Assembly: GCA_029288475.1 (NCBI GenBank)
Contig: JARIHA010000168.1
Span: forward strand, 1 to 54,391
DNA: 54,391 nucleotides
Direction of reading: 5' to 3'
Source of the DNA: Candidatus Tayloriibacteriota bacterium
Lineage (GTDB): Bacteria; Patescibacteriota; Minisyncoccia; Phycocordibacterales; JARIHA01
Part shown: in pieces, positions 1 through 9,470 of the stretch
How positions within the stretch are numbered: position 1 is the stretch's first letter
Layout: the number at the start of each line of letters is the position of its first letter
Position numbers and translations under genes: made by a program
Notes under the pieces: generated by a model
Databases searched by the model: none
What the model was told of the DNA's origin: nothing
Seen by the model: only the letters and a program-made list of their open reading frames with translations

Positions 1-29
1 ATGTAAATTTCCTAGGGTATACTTACTCT

Positions 30-848
30 TTAGGCAACATGTGTCGGATCCCAGCAGGTTCTCAGGCCCTTATCGAGCGCCGCGATCTCCTTCATATCTT
101 CTTCATCAAGAGTAAAGCCGATAGTATCAAAGTTTTCCTGAATGCGTTCAGGACGTGCCGACTTTGGAATAGTGATGAAGCCTTTCTGAAGACACCAACG
201 GATCATGATCTGCGCAACCGACTTGCCATGCTTTTTGGCTATCTTGGCAATCGTCTTATTATCCATATCATACCCATGAGCAATCGGAGAATACGCTTCT
301 ATCGCAATGTCATTGTCATGGCAATACTGCACAAGATCGGGCTGCTGCAGAAAGACGTGCAGTTCCACCTGATTGACCGCCGGCTTTATCTCACTTTCTC
401 TCAATAGTTCTTCAAGATGCTTTATCGTGTAATTGCTGACGCCAATGGCTTTTACTTTTCCTGACTTATAGATGTCCTGCATTCTGTGCCAAGCGGGACG
501 GCGATATTCAGTGACGGGAAAGTGCAGAAGCAAAAGGTCTACATAATCAGTCTGAAGTTTTTTTAAAGATTCCTCAAAGCTCGGCCCGATGTCGTCCCAA
601 AACATATTGTCATTCCAGATCTTTGTCGTGATGAAGAGTTCCGCACGAGGTATGCCGCTTTCGGCCAGTGCCTGCCCGATGAATTGCTCATTTTCATATA
701 TTTGCGCCGTATCAAAATGACGATAACCAGTTGAAAGAGCGGCTTTGACCGCATTCTTACATTCTCTTTCCTCTTTCATCATCCATGTGCCAAAACCAAG
801 CTGTGGTATGGTGGTTTTGCTTGAGAGTTTTATGTTGGGTACGTTCAT
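30..848 (-). CDS. aldo/keto reductase family oxidoreductase
   Basis: 272-aa ORF with ATG start. AKR hallmarks in the translation: LGFGTW, FDTAQIYENE, LLLHFP, ITIPKS. Confidence 0.85.
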   Translation of the reverse strand: MNVPNIKLSSKTTIPQLGFGTWMMKEERECKNAVKAALSTGYRHFDTAQIYENEQFIGQALAESGIPRAELFITTKIWNDNMFWDDIGPSFEESLKKLQTDYVDLLLLHFPVTEYRRPAWHRMQDIYKSGKVKAIGVSNYTIKHLEELLRESEIKPAVNQVELHVFLQQPDLVQYCHDNDIAIEAYSPIAHGYDMDNKTIAKIAKKHGKSVAQIMIRWCLQKGFITIPKSARPERIQENFDTIGFTLDEEDMKEIAALDKGLRTCWDPTHVA

Positions 849-862
849 GAGGTTATTATACT

Positions 863-1177
863 CTATTTCTTCACCTTCTTTCTCTTATTAATCACCCATT
901 GCACCGAACGACTGACCGGCTTATCTGTTCGATGAATACAGCCGATCCAGCAACAAGGGCGGCGCATTCCCTCTTTGAGTTCTGAGATCACCCTGCCTAC
1001 ATGATTTTTTCTCGTCTCAGGAGTTTTAACTGAAATAGTCCAACATATCCACTCATTTCGTGCCAGAGGCGTAATGCTCTCCCATGCCTCAAGCGCTTTC
1101 GCATCGGAAGCAAGAGCTTTGCGCAGATCAGATGGCAGTGAATGGACCACGCCGGCAGAAATTGGTTTCTTACTCAT
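863..1177 (-). CDS. YdeI/OmpD-associated family protein
   Basis: 104-aa ORF. The pattern LPSDLRKALA..ITPLARNEWICWT..KTPETR is typical of YdeI-like proteins. 14-nt gap to the downstream AKR gene. Confidence 0.55.
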   Translation of the reverse strand: MSKKPISAGVVHSLPSDLRKALASDAKALEAWESITPLARNEWICWTISVKTPETRKNHVGRVISELKEGMRRPCCWIGCIHRTDKPVSRSVQWVINKRKKVKK

Positions 1178-1217
1178 ACGATTATTTTAGCATATAGATT
1201 GCGAGAAATAAGAAAAG

Positions 1218-1249
1218 AAAAAAGACCCGTTCGGTTTACCGAACGGGTC
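1218..1249 (-). terminator. intrinsic terminator after the purB-like gene
   Basis: Perfect 11-bp stem GACCCGTTCGG/CCGAACGGGTC (1224-1234 / 1239-1249) with a 4-nt loop. A U6 run follows on the minus strand (A-run 1218-1223). Confidence 0.8.
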
Positions 1250-1274
1250 TGATGATTTTACAAAGTTCTTGTCA

Positions 1275-2708
1275 TTACTGCCGGCCCTTGAGATAGGCTT
1301 CAGCAGCTCCTGCGACCTCGAGCGCCTTCGCGCTTGCAGCGCCAGTGTACAGCTTCGGCTTATCCAGCTTCATAAGTCCGTTAGGAATTTCGGACCTGAT
1401 CTCACGCATGAGTGCGGAGCCATGTTTATCTTCCAACGCCCACATGGTTGCTTTAAGAAGGGAAACTTTATGCTCCCTTGCGTAAGGCAGAGCCTTACGA
1501 CTGACCAGCTCATGAGCATCGCCAAGGTAGCCGGCCATTTGCAGTGCCAGGTAGATGGGTTCGGCAAGAATGACATCACCTTGAGCTTTGAAGTTGCGAT
1601 CGAGCGCCTCTTTGTCAATCGAAATGCGGCCAATAAACGGCCTTCCTTCCACCTTGCGCAACAGAGTATTGAGCTGGGTGACCAGGTTGATGATGATCGT
1701 CGGAAAGTCCCGAGCAATTGAGCTTCCTACCAAGTCACGCTGATGTTCGCTCACCATCGTTGCAAGAACCAAGCCGAATTGGTTCTGATTTTTTACCCAT
1801 CCCCCCTCAAGACCCTCGAAGGTAACCGGATTCCTCTTGTGAGCCATGGTCGACGATCCGACCTGCCCCTTATCGAAGGGTTCGCAGAGTTCGCCAATTT
1901 CTGTCCGCATCAAATGCCTGCAATCCCGACCAAATTGGCCGAAAACAGCCGAGAGCATAACGCAAGAGAATAGATACTGAGCGAGGGGTTCCGGGAGAAG
2001 AATCTGTGTGCTGATTGGTGCGGCTTTGAGGCCGAGCTTTTCAAGCACGCGCACTTCAAACGTCTTGCCACCACAACGAGCTGAAATGCCGAGACGGGCT
2101 TGAGCATTGTAAGCTCCTACCGCGCCGGAGATTTTTCCCACCAGCTTTTCAGCGGCATCGTTGGCATTCTGAATGTTCGCGAGAACCCTGCTGAGAATCG
2201 TTGCAAACCAGAAGCCTACAGTGATGGGCAATGCATGTTGGCCGTGAGTGCGGCCGATCTGAAGCTGAGAAGCGAACTGATTTACTTGCGTGATGAAGTG
2301 TCCAATAACCTCGTCTGTAAGTTGCCTTACCACCTTGTGTCCTTCCACGAACTGCAAGGCTCGAGCGGTGTCGAGCGCATCATAGCTGGTGAGCGGAACA
2401 TGGATCCAAGGCCGGAGCTTCGGGTCCACTATTCCCTGAGCGATTCGCACCCATGCACGAATGTCGTGCCTGGTTACTTCCCGCTCCACACGGTCGACTT
2501 GAGTCGTCGTGATGGCGAGAAGTTTCTTTTCAACCGCTCGCGTGAGCAATGCCATCGTGGCCGCCGGAATGATTCCGATCTCGCCCAATGTCTTCATTGT
2601 TGCGATTTCGACCCGAGCGACAGACCGAAACAGATTGTCGTAGCCGAAGATTGCCTGCAGATTTTTTGGTTGATACCGAGGATTTCCTGGAAGCGAGAGA
2701 TTTCTCAT
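1275..2708 (-). CDS. purB: adenylosuccinate lyase (fumarate-lyase superfamily)
   Basis: 477 aa with the lyase-1 signature GSSTMAHKRNP. Length and N-terminal region fit PurB better than fumarase or argininosuccinate lyase. Confidence 0.7.
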   Translation of the reverse strand: MRNLSLPGNPRYQPKNLQAIFGYDNLFRSVARVEIATMKTLGEIGIIPAATMALLTRAVEKKLLAITTTQVDRVEREVTRHDIRAWVRIAQGIVDPKLRPWIHVPLTSYDALDTARALQFVEGHKVVRQLTDEVIGHFITQVNQFASQLQIGRTHGQHALPITVGFWFATILSRVLANIQNANDAAEKLVGKISGAVGAYNAQARLGISARCGGKTFEVRVLEKLGLKAAPISTQILLPEPLAQYLFSCVMLSAVFGQFGRDCRHLMRTEIGELCEPFDKGQVGSSTMAHKRNPVTFEGLEGGWVKNQNQFGLVLATMVSEHQRDLVGSSIARDFPTIIINLVTQLNTLLRKVEGRPFIGRISIDKEALDRNFKAQGDVILAEPIYLALQMAGYLGDAHELVSRKALPYAREHKVSLLKATMWALEDKHGSALMREIRSEIPNGLMKLDKPKLYTGAASAKALEVAGAAEAYLKGRQ

Positions 2709-2811
2709 TTAGTCCTTTTCTGTGAATGTTCTACGAGCACACTAAGCCGTGCTTTTGGCTTGCCGAAATTGATCAGCTCTGATGGAACCTTAGCCGAAAA
2801 TTGTCATTAAA

Positions 2812-4038
2812 TCAAATGCCGATATTTTTTGCCATACTTACATGAACATCTTTCTTTTTTAGCGAGAGATAAATGAAAACGGACAAACCGATCAAGACGG
2901 ACCAGCCAATCAAAAAGAATTCTAAACGCCCTTGCGTACTCAAGTAGCCGATAAGCGGAGCGAGTGCAACATACGGCAGTGTCCTCAGAAACGAAGCCAC
3001 GGAGAGTATCGTTGCCCGCTGATCTTCTTCTGATCTGCTGTTCAATACTTCGCTCATAAAGGGATAAAGGATGTGGTCTCCCGCATAGAGAACAAATATT
3101 ACGATTGATCCCCATATACCAATATCGGCAAGCGACAGCAGAAGACTTGCTGACGCAATTGCAGCTATGAAAACAATGACCTGTCCTTCACTCAGATCCT
3201 CTGCATACTTATGCATAAGTGCCAATATGCCGACCGTAATTAGACAACTTGCCGCCACCACGATTGACGAAGCGAAGGCACTGAAATGAAAACGAATAAG
3301 CAGCATTGGGCGCAGCAAACCCCAGCCAGCAGTATAAAAGAGTCCCTGCAAGCTGATGATGATAGGGATATATACTAAATATGGTGACGTTAAAAACTTT
3401 GAAAATCCTGATCTGATACTCTTTAAGTGTTCAAATAATTCTATCGAGAATTTCTGCATCGCTTTTTCAGGGCGAGCATCTCTCACCGACCAGACCAACA
3501 GAGATGAAGTCAGGAATGCGATACCAGTAAGAATCCATGGGATTCTTGGATTGATCGTAAAGAGCCAAGCTCCTACTATTGTTCCAATAAGTGAACTGGT
3601 AAGAGAAAGCTGAGAGGCTCGCGTGACGAGCTTTCTCCATTCAGCAGAAGTACGATCAAAATTCAGTCTGCTAAAGAAAAGCGCTTCATCTGCACCAGAT
3701 ACAAATGATGTCCCGACCATAAGGATTGCCTGTCCGACAAAGAACGGTACAAAGCTGCTTCCAAATGCCTGGATCAGTAACCCAGCACCTGCTAAAATTT
3801 GCCCCATTCTAACCGTCTTGTCTCGCCCAAACCTATCTGCAAGCGCCCCCGCCGGAACTTCTGCAAGAAGACCGACTGCAAAAGCGAGTCCGTCTAATAT
3901 CCCGACTTGCTGGTCTGATATGAATATATGATAGAAGAAAAGCCAAATGGCGCTGATGAACCAAAAATTGGAAACAGCTTCATAAGCAAGATATTTTCTT
4001 GAGAGTGCGCGCTGGTTATCTGTGATTGCTTGGGTCAT
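2812..4038 (-). CDS. MFS transporter
   Basis: 408 aa with about 12 hydrophobic segments. MFS motif A is present as GALADRFGRDKT. Confidence 0.8.
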   Translation of the reverse strand: MTQAITDNQRALSRKYLAYEAVSNFWFISAIWLFFYHIFISDQQVGILDGLAFAVGLLAEVPAGALADRFGRDKTVRMGQILAGAGLLIQAFGSSFVPFFVGQAILMVGTSFVSGADEALFFSRLNFDRTSAEWRKLVTRASQLSLTSSLIGTIVGAWLFTINPRIPWILTGIAFLTSSLLVWSVRDARPEKAMQKFSIELFEHLKSIRSGFSKFLTSPYLVYIPIIISLQGLFYTAGWGLLRPMLLIRFHFSAFASSIVVAASCLITVGILALMHKYAEDLSEGQVIVFIAAIASASLLLSLADIGIWGSIVIFVLYAGDHILYPFMSEVLNSRSEEDQRATILSVASFLRTLPYVALAPLIGYLSTQGRLEFFLIGWSVLIGLSVFIYLSLKKKDVHVSMAKNIGI

Positions 4039-4097
4039 GATTGTCTATTCTACCCCATCTAAGCAAAATGAAAACCGCCCAAAAAAGACACTAAATT

Positions 4098-4547
4098 TTA
4101 TACTTTATACCGCGGATCCAGCTCGTCAACCAATTTATACTTGAAACAAATTTCTTCCAAGACATTATCTTCTTCCCCTGTATTTTCAAAAGATGAATAA
4201 TTATCAAGTATTTCTTCACCTACTTGTATATCTTTAATGGCTTTGGTCAAAACTTCTTCTTCACCTTCAAGGTAGGCTGATAATACGTTTGGGTTTTCTG
4301 AATGATTGAAATACTTCCCGTTATCAGAAGAGAAGCAATAAAGCTTAGTCTTTTTGCTCCTCCATGAATATTTGTATAAATAAATTTGGACCAACTGAGG
4401 AAAGCCAAGGATCTGCTCACGAGTAAACTTTTGATCAAAGCCGGCAGTAAATCTCCAGATCTCCGTACCCTTAGCTATAAATTGATCTGCAAATAATCCG
4501 ATACCGTGAATAGGATTCTCTTTGATTGTGGTTTTGACTAAAAGCAT
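4098..4547 (-). CDS. SET domain-containing protein (putative lysine methyltransferase)
   Basis: 149 aa. N-terminal GIGLFA..I.KGTEIW and the NHSENPN motif (NHSxxPN) are characteristic of SET domains. Confidence 0.7.
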   Translation of the reverse strand: MLLVKTTIKENPIHGIGLFADQFIAKGTEIWRFTAGFDQKFTREQILGFPQLVQIYLYKYSWRSKKTKLYCFSSDNGKYFNHSENPNVLSAYLEGEEEVLTKAIKDIQVGEEILDNYSSFENTGEEDNVLEEICFKYKLVDELDPRYKV

Positions 4548-4591
4548 AATACAAAATTATATACTGATTTTACCAATTAGCTACACTTTGG

Positions 4592-5113
4592 CTACTTGAG
4601 GGCTTGCTTAATAACCTCATCAACAACTTGGTCAATCGGTTTTTCCGTATTTATCGAAATAGCACCTTTTGCCAATATTTCTTTTGCATACGTTTGATAA
4701 CGCCCTAAAATTCCCTTTTTGATATGAGGATCTTTTCCAAAATCATTATCTGTTCGCATATCGATTCTCTTGCTAAATGTTTCCGGACTACATTGCAAAA
4801 GCAGTATTTTATCAAACATAGGAAGAAAATTATTTTGATTTCCTGCCATTCCTAAAACAAAAGCAACATCAACATTCTTGTTTAAAAGCCTAGTAAGATA
4901 TTCGATATCACAAATCCAGTCATGCGCATGAACGAACTCGGGAGTTAGCTTGGTATCCTTCCCTCCGTGCTTTTCTCTCGTTCCTTGATGCACCCAGGAA
5001 CACAAACCGTCTACCTCATCAATGCTGATAGTATAAAAGCCTCGTCTAGACAATTCTTTGGCGATTGTTGTTTTACCTGTTCCGGAGACCCCGGTAATAT
5101 AAATCTTTTTCAT
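4592..5113 (-). CDS. P-loop NTPase / small-molecule kinase-like protein
   Basis: 173 aa with an N-terminal Walker A, ITGVSGTGKTT. Size and layout resemble nucleotide or shikimate-type kinases. Confidence 0.65.
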   Translation of the reverse strand: MKKIYITGVSGTGKTTIAKELSRRGFYTISIDEVDGLCSWVHQGTREKHGGKDTKLTPEFVHAHDWICDIEYLTRLLNKNVDVAFVLGMAGNQNNFLPMFDKILLLQCSPETFSKRIDMRTDNDFGKDPHIKKGILGRYQTYAKEILAKGAISINTEKPIDQVVDEVIKQALK

Positions 5114-5223
5114 CTTCGCCTTGATAAAGATACTGGAATTATTGTTTAATTATCCTCTACTGTTTAAATAATGATAAACCAAACTCTTCAAATTTACTAT
5201 TCTTACTATTTCGCTATATTTAC

Positions 5224-6243
5224 TTATCCTAATTTTCTTACCATCCCGTTGTCAGCATCCACTTCGATCATGTCGCCATTTTTCAATATTTGAGTAGCAA
5301 TTTTAGTGCCGATAATACAAGGCTTTTTCATTTCACGGGCAACGATTGCAGCGTGGCAAATTATCCCGCCCTCATCCGTAACAAATGCTGCAGCTTTTTT
5401 CATTGCAGGGATAAAATCCGGAGTGGTCATCGGAGATACAATGATATCCCCCTCCTCGACTCCTTCCATTTGAAATTTATTCTTCACAATCCTTACCCTT
5501 CCACTGACCCTGCCTTTCTGAGCAATCTGTCCCTTCATGGTATCTGTTTTTTCAATGGTCTCAAACAAACCCTCAAATTCATACTCGGGATGCATTTTTG
5601 CGTATTCTTTTAGGGGAATGGTTACAATCTCATCACCGATAAGCAATGTTCCCTTGGCTCTTTCTTCCAAGATCTCACGTGAAGGAATGTGAGGAAACTC
5701 ATTTGGAAAAATAAGATTTGCCAACCGTGTATCTCCTCCAAGAGCTTTTACGCACTCTTTTATGTAAATATCATTTCGGGCAAAGAATTCATCCTTCTCC
5801 CTGAGTGGCATGAGGATCTCATTTATTTCTTTCGGGGTCCGTTCGTCGCTTACCGGGTAATACCAAAGTGAAAAAAGTTCTGTTGCAGGTACGGAATATT
5901 TCATGTACTCATTTATTTTTTCCTTATCGGTCGTCGGACCAGTATTCCAAAATTCTTCTATTTTTGCCAATACTTCCTTATATTCCTCCACCACTTCCAA
6001 CATAAACTTTGGACTCTTTTTGTTTATCTCAAGCAATGTATCCCTAAACCACTGAATACCCTTTTTATTTTCCCAAATTTCCAGGCTTTCTCTTGTTGCA
6101 TAAAAAGCGCACATGACTTTGTAATGCGACTCAATGTGAAGCCTCTTTTGTATCAGATTAAATAATCCCGTGCTCCACAGGCCTTCGATAATAAGACTCA
6201 CGTCTCTCTCATATTCTTTTTTGAAGTGGATTTTGCTGGGCAT
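5224..6243 (-). CDS. PEP-utilising enzyme mobile (phosphohistidine swivel) domain protein with unknown N-terminal domain
   Basis: C-terminal PMTTPDFIPAMKKAAAFVTDEGGIICHAAIVAREMKKPCIIG is the swivel-domain signature with the catalytic His. The ORF-track start at 6252 is TTG, so I use the in-frame ATG at 6243 (MPSKIHF..). Confidence 0.75.
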   Translation of the reverse strand: MPSKIHFKKEYERDVSLIIEGLWSTGLFNLIQKRLHIESHYKVMCAFYATRESLEIWENKKGIQWFRDTLLEINKKSPKFMLEVVEEYKEVLAKIEEFWNTGPTTDKEKINEYMKYSVPATELFSLWYYPVSDERTPKEINEILMPLREKDEFFARNDIYIKECVKALGGDTRLANLIFPNEFPHIPSREILEERAKGTLLIGDEIVTIPLKEYAKMHPEYEFEGLFETIEKTDTMKGQIAQKGRVSGRVRIVKNKFQMEGVEEGDIIVSPMTTPDFIPAMKKAAAFVTDEGGIICHAAIVAREMKKPCIIGTKIATQILKNGDMIEVDADNGMVRKLG

Positions 6244-6248
6244 TATAA

Positions 6249-6665
6249 TCAATTTATCTTAAACAAATCAATTCTTCTCTTTATTTCCTCCCTAACTTCT
6301 CTGGTAAATTTCAAATCCTTGCCTTTTGGATCTGGAACATTCCATCGTAGAAGCTTTGGAGAGGTTAAAAGATACTCAGGCAATATTTCATCATCTTCAA
6401 TGATTGCCACAACCTTGTCAACTTCATTGACCATCTTTTCAGTAAGCTGGGTGCGGACTGAGGTAGACACATCTATTCCTTCCTCATTCATGACCTCAAG
6501 CACTTCGTAAATCTGAGGGAAAAGATTGCCGATTGGTTCTTCGGGACCGCTGATCTTGGTGCCCGCAGAAACAGCCGTATGTTCATCACCGAACTTTTTC
6601 CTAAAGAGAGCTTCAGCAATTTGGCTTCGCCCAACATTTCCTTTACAGATAAAGAGGATTTTCAT
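6249..6665 (-). CDS. low-molecular-weight phosphotyrosine phosphatase / ArsC-type family protein
   Basis: 138 aa with an N-terminal CX5R(S) P-loop, ICKGNVGRS, and a downstream DP loop (VPDPKG). The stop lies 5 nt before the next start. Confidence 0.8.
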   Translation of the reverse strand: MKILFICKGNVGRSQIAEALFRKKFGDEHTAVSAGTKISGPEEPIGNLFPQIYEVLEVMNEEGIDVSTSVRTQLTEKMVNEVDKVVAIIEDDEILPEYLLTSPKLLRWNVPDPKGKDLKFTREVREEIKRRIDLFKIN

Positions 6666-6681
6666 TTACTTTGGTTGCGAG

Positions 6682-7194
6682 TTATCTCACTATCTCATAA
6701 TGGAGCTGTATTTCATTGTCACTCAATTTCTTTGTTCCGAGAAGTTTAAGCTGTCTATCAAAATCAGAACCACTAAAAGATGGTATGCCCTTCCCGAGAA
6801 GAGTTGGCTCGATATCAATGTAAATTTCATCTACAAGATCTTCCGCAAGAAATGAAGCATTCAGAGTACTTCCACCTGCGAGAATCACAGTGTCAAATCC
6901 CTTTAGAATTTTTAGAGCTTCACTTGGCGAATGTGCGATCTTATGACTCGGATCCTTTAATTCAAAATTTGCGTGAGAAACCGCAACAATCTTAATGCCA
7001 ACCTTAAGAAATTCTTGGAACTCAGGCTGCTGCGAAAGAATCCCATACGTCCTTTTCCCTATAACCATTGCACCTGCTCCTTTTACATTAGAAACATAAC
7101 TTGCTGATTCTTCTTTTGTCAGAAAATCTGCAGAATCATCGAATTTTGCGATAATGCCATTTAAAGTTGTAGCCATGTATAAGATTACTTTCAT
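6682..7194 (-). CDS. dihydrofolate reductase-family protein (RibD C-terminal-like)
   Basis: 170 aa. ATTLNGIIA, VIGKRTY and the C-terminal beta-strand pattern are typical of the RibD_C/DHFR-like family. Confidence 0.7.
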   Translation of the reverse strand: MKVILYMATTLNGIIAKFDDSADFLTKEESASYVSNVKGAGAMVIGKRTYGILSQQPEFQEFLKVGIKIVAVSHANFELKDPSHKIAHSPSEALKILKGFDTVILAGGSTLNASFLAEDLVDEIYIDIEPTLLGKGIPSFSGSDFDRQLKLLGTKKLSDNEIQLHYEIVR

Positions 7195-7201
7195 ATAAAT
7201 T

Positions 7202-7624
7202 TTAGTTTACAGATTCTACAATCCACTCAATGCCGTATTTATCCCTAAACATGCCAAAGTATGTTCCCCACGGGCTGTTACCCATTGGTGCTTCTGCTTG
7301 TCCTCCAGCAGAAAGTCCATTGAAGATTTTTTCAGCTTTTTCCTTGCTGTCTACGCCTATGTGGATCTTGCTTCTATTTTCGTTCTCACTGACTTTTCCC
7401 ATGAATTCAGGCACATCATTTCCGATGAGCATGCTTGCATCATCGAGAGGCAGGACGATCTGCATGATCTTGTTTGCGTCTTTCTCTGCAACCTGGAATT
7501 CAGGACCCGCAAGATCCTTGAACCGAACCACTTTTTTGAACTCTCCGCCAAACACGGACTTATAAAAAGCAAACGCTTCTTCGGCATTGCCATTAAAATT
7601 GATCCAAGGGTTTATTGTTGTCAT
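7202..7624 (-). CDS. VOC/glyoxalase-fold protein (PhnB-like)
   Basis: The N-terminus MTTINPWINFNGNAEEAFAFYKSVFGG and the C-terminal FRDKYGIEW are typical of PhnB-like VOC proteins. The ORF-track start at 7639 is TTG, so the ATG at 7624 is used. Confidence 0.75.
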   Translation of the reverse strand: MTTINPWINFNGNAEEAFAFYKSVFGGEFKKVVRFKDLAGPEFQVAEKDANKIMQIVLPLDDASMLIGNDVPEFMGKVSENENRSKIHIGVDSKEKAEKIFNGLSAGGQAEAPMGNSPWGTYFGMFRDKYGIEWIVESVN

Positions 7625-7657
7625 ATGAAGATTATACAATAAATTATCAGGGTTTAA

Positions 7658-8371
7658 CTAGCTTGAGGTTGTAGTCGGAAAAACAACAATCCCTCTGCCG
7701 GCATAATACGCTGAAAAATCTTTTACCGACAGCGTATGTCCAATTTGAGTATTTGAACTTACAAATCCTGAAGGATTATTGAAAGAGAGATTGCCTTTAC
7801 TGAGGTCATACCCGGTAACTATGATCAAATGTCCGCCTTTCTGATCCTGAGACGCAGTATCGTAACCACGTATGTTTGGGTTTACCGATACTATGACCAG
7901 TCGTTTTTTAGAGAGCGCATATCTAATGCCTTGTATGCTGAGTCTGGTATATATTTCAGCATTCAGATCATACTTACAGATCCATTTTGCAAACTCCGCA
8001 TATCTCATGGCAGATATTTCATTGGGATCTTCCAAGTAGACGTTGTGCTTCAGTGCATCCTCAGCCAACTCGGCTGGTTTTATCTTTAGATTTTTGAAAT
8101 AGCCGAGGGCCATAGCGACAGAAGCCATGCCGCACATGGTAAAGGCCCATTGCGCATAACGTTCCGGCGACACTGCACCGGTCTCTCTCCAATTGCGATC
8201 ACTCGCGGGATGAAGCTTTTTTGTCAGGCTCAACTCCGCACTTTCCGGGACGGCAAACTGGCAGACATACGGCACTTTATACTCAACGTTTTTAGGAATA
8301 GAAGAAAAGCTGGCTAGGAGCTCGTACTGTATGTTTTTTATTTCTTGAATTATCCGGGGGAGGATTTTCAT
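7658..8371 (-). CDS. papain-like (peptidase C39-like) domain protein
   Basis: 237 aa. A candidate catalytic Cys lies in TMCGMASVAMAL and a candidate His in GGHLIIVTGYD, with C39-like spacing. This is a motif-level call only. Confidence 0.5.
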   Translation of the reverse strand: MKILPRIIQEIKNIQYELLASFSSIPKNVEYKVPYVCQFAVPESAELSLTKKLHPASDRNWRETGAVSPERYAQWAFTMCGMASVAMALGYFKNLKIKPAELAEDALKHNVYLEDPNEISAMRYAEFAKWICKYDLNAEIYTRLSIQGIRYALSKKRLVIVSVNPNIRGYDTASQDQKGGHLIIVTGYDLSKGNLSFNNPSGFVSSNTQIGHTLSVKDFSAYYAGRGIVVFPTTTSS

Positions 8372-8433
8372 TTAAAGTCATTATAACATGGGCTGATTTA
8401 GGTGATTGCAAGCTATTTAACCATTACAATTGT

Positions 8434-8462
8434 TTGACATAATATATAAATGATGCTATTAT
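8434..8462 (+). promoter_or_regulatory. sigma70-type promoter
   Basis: TTGACA (8434-8439), exactly 17 nt of spacer, then TATTAT (8457-8462). It lies about 125 nt upstream of the 8587 ATG. Confidence 0.5.
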
Positions 8463-8586
8463 ATGTTCATACCATAGTTCGCTATGGCGGCCGTTAATGA
8501 GCTCTCTGGCTCGTATCGCAAGGTACCGAATGTCTCGGTATAGCGATCCATATTGGTAGCGGGAAATCTCTTGAAAGGAGATAAAA

Positions 8587-9009
8587 ATGAAACAGTACAT
8601 TGTAAACCTCACGAACCATCTCATTGGTAAGAACCGCTTCGACGAAATCTTTTACCGGATCGGAAATCCGGAAGGATTCGTCAAACACGTCAAAACCGAT
8701 CTTGAGGCCGGTGATATTCGAACAATGTCCTCCACCAAGCTTGGCGAGATCATGTGCTCGTTTGAAATCGGCGATGTTATAACTGGTCAAAAGGATCTCT
8801 TCAACGGCGTCCATTTCAGTGGCGACTGCGAAGAACTCCTGCGCGAACTGGTTTCGCTCTGTCTAGCTTATGCGATCAAGGATCGACTCAGCGAAGAGCG
8901 TCTTCCCGGTATTCCCAAATGGGAAGGCCGAATTCCTGGTTTCCAAGCTGGAGTCAGGAAGGTCATTGACCATCTGGTGGCACAGCGTGATCAGCGTAAC
9001 GTAAGATAG
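8587..9009 (+). CDS. hypothetical protein (140 aa)
   Basis: ATG preceded by AAAGGAGA at about 8-nt spacing. The gene has its own promoter and terminator. I recognise no domain. Confidence 0.6.
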   Translation: MKQYIVNLTNHLIGKNRFDEIFYRIGNPEGFVKHVKTDLEAGDIRTMSSTKLGEIMCSFEIGDVITGQKDLFNGVHFSGDCEELLRELVSLCLAYAIKDRLSEERLPGIPKWEGRIPGFQAGVRKVIDHLVAQRDQRNVR

Positions 9010-9030
9010 CTACGCAACAGCGAAATTTAG

Positions 9031-9066
9031 CCCCGACCCAACAATGGTGTTCGGGGTTTTTTATTT
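9031..9066 (+). terminator. intrinsic terminator
   Basis: CCCCGA..TCGGGG stem (9031-9036 / 9051-9056) followed by TTTTTTATTT. Confidence 0.7.
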
Positions 9067-9084
9067 AAATAAATTTTAGCTAAA

Positions 9085-9387
9085 TCAGTAGTCTCTTTTT
9101 CCTCTATATCGCCTAGCAATAAAACCAGCAAAGGATCTTTTCCTAGAGGGACTCCAACTTTTAATTGTGCGCTCGGCTTTACGTGGATTCCTACTCCAAA
9201 AAGCAGCAAGTGGTCTAAACCATACACCCCGACTGGTATACCCTCCTCCCCGGCCTTTCATATGCTCTCTCCAGCGAGTCCAAACAGGTCTTCGAGTCAT
9301 CCCAGTATAAACTTGTCTAGACCCGTCTAGCCGAGTACTCTCTCCAAGATATACTGTCCCAGGTTTAGGTTTGGTTTTCCAAAACAT
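9085..9387 (-). CDS. GIY-YIG nuclease superfamily protein (small, stand-alone)
   Basis: 100 aa. TVYLGES..QVYTGMTRRPVWTRWREH..KAERTIKSW matches the GIY / YxG-T / R..H / E layout of UPF0213-type GIY-YIG proteins. Confidence 0.55.
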   Translation of the reverse strand: MFWKTKPKPGTVYLGESTRLDGSRQVYTGMTRRPVWTRWREHMKGRGGGYTSRGVWFRPLAAFWSRNPRKAERTIKSWSPSRKRSFAGFIARRYRGKRDY

Positions 9388-9470
9388 ATATAAATTATAG
9401 CAGAGCTAAAATTTGTTGAGAAGACATTATTCGACTAGCTAACTCGCGGTTTGCAGTCATCATCCTAATT

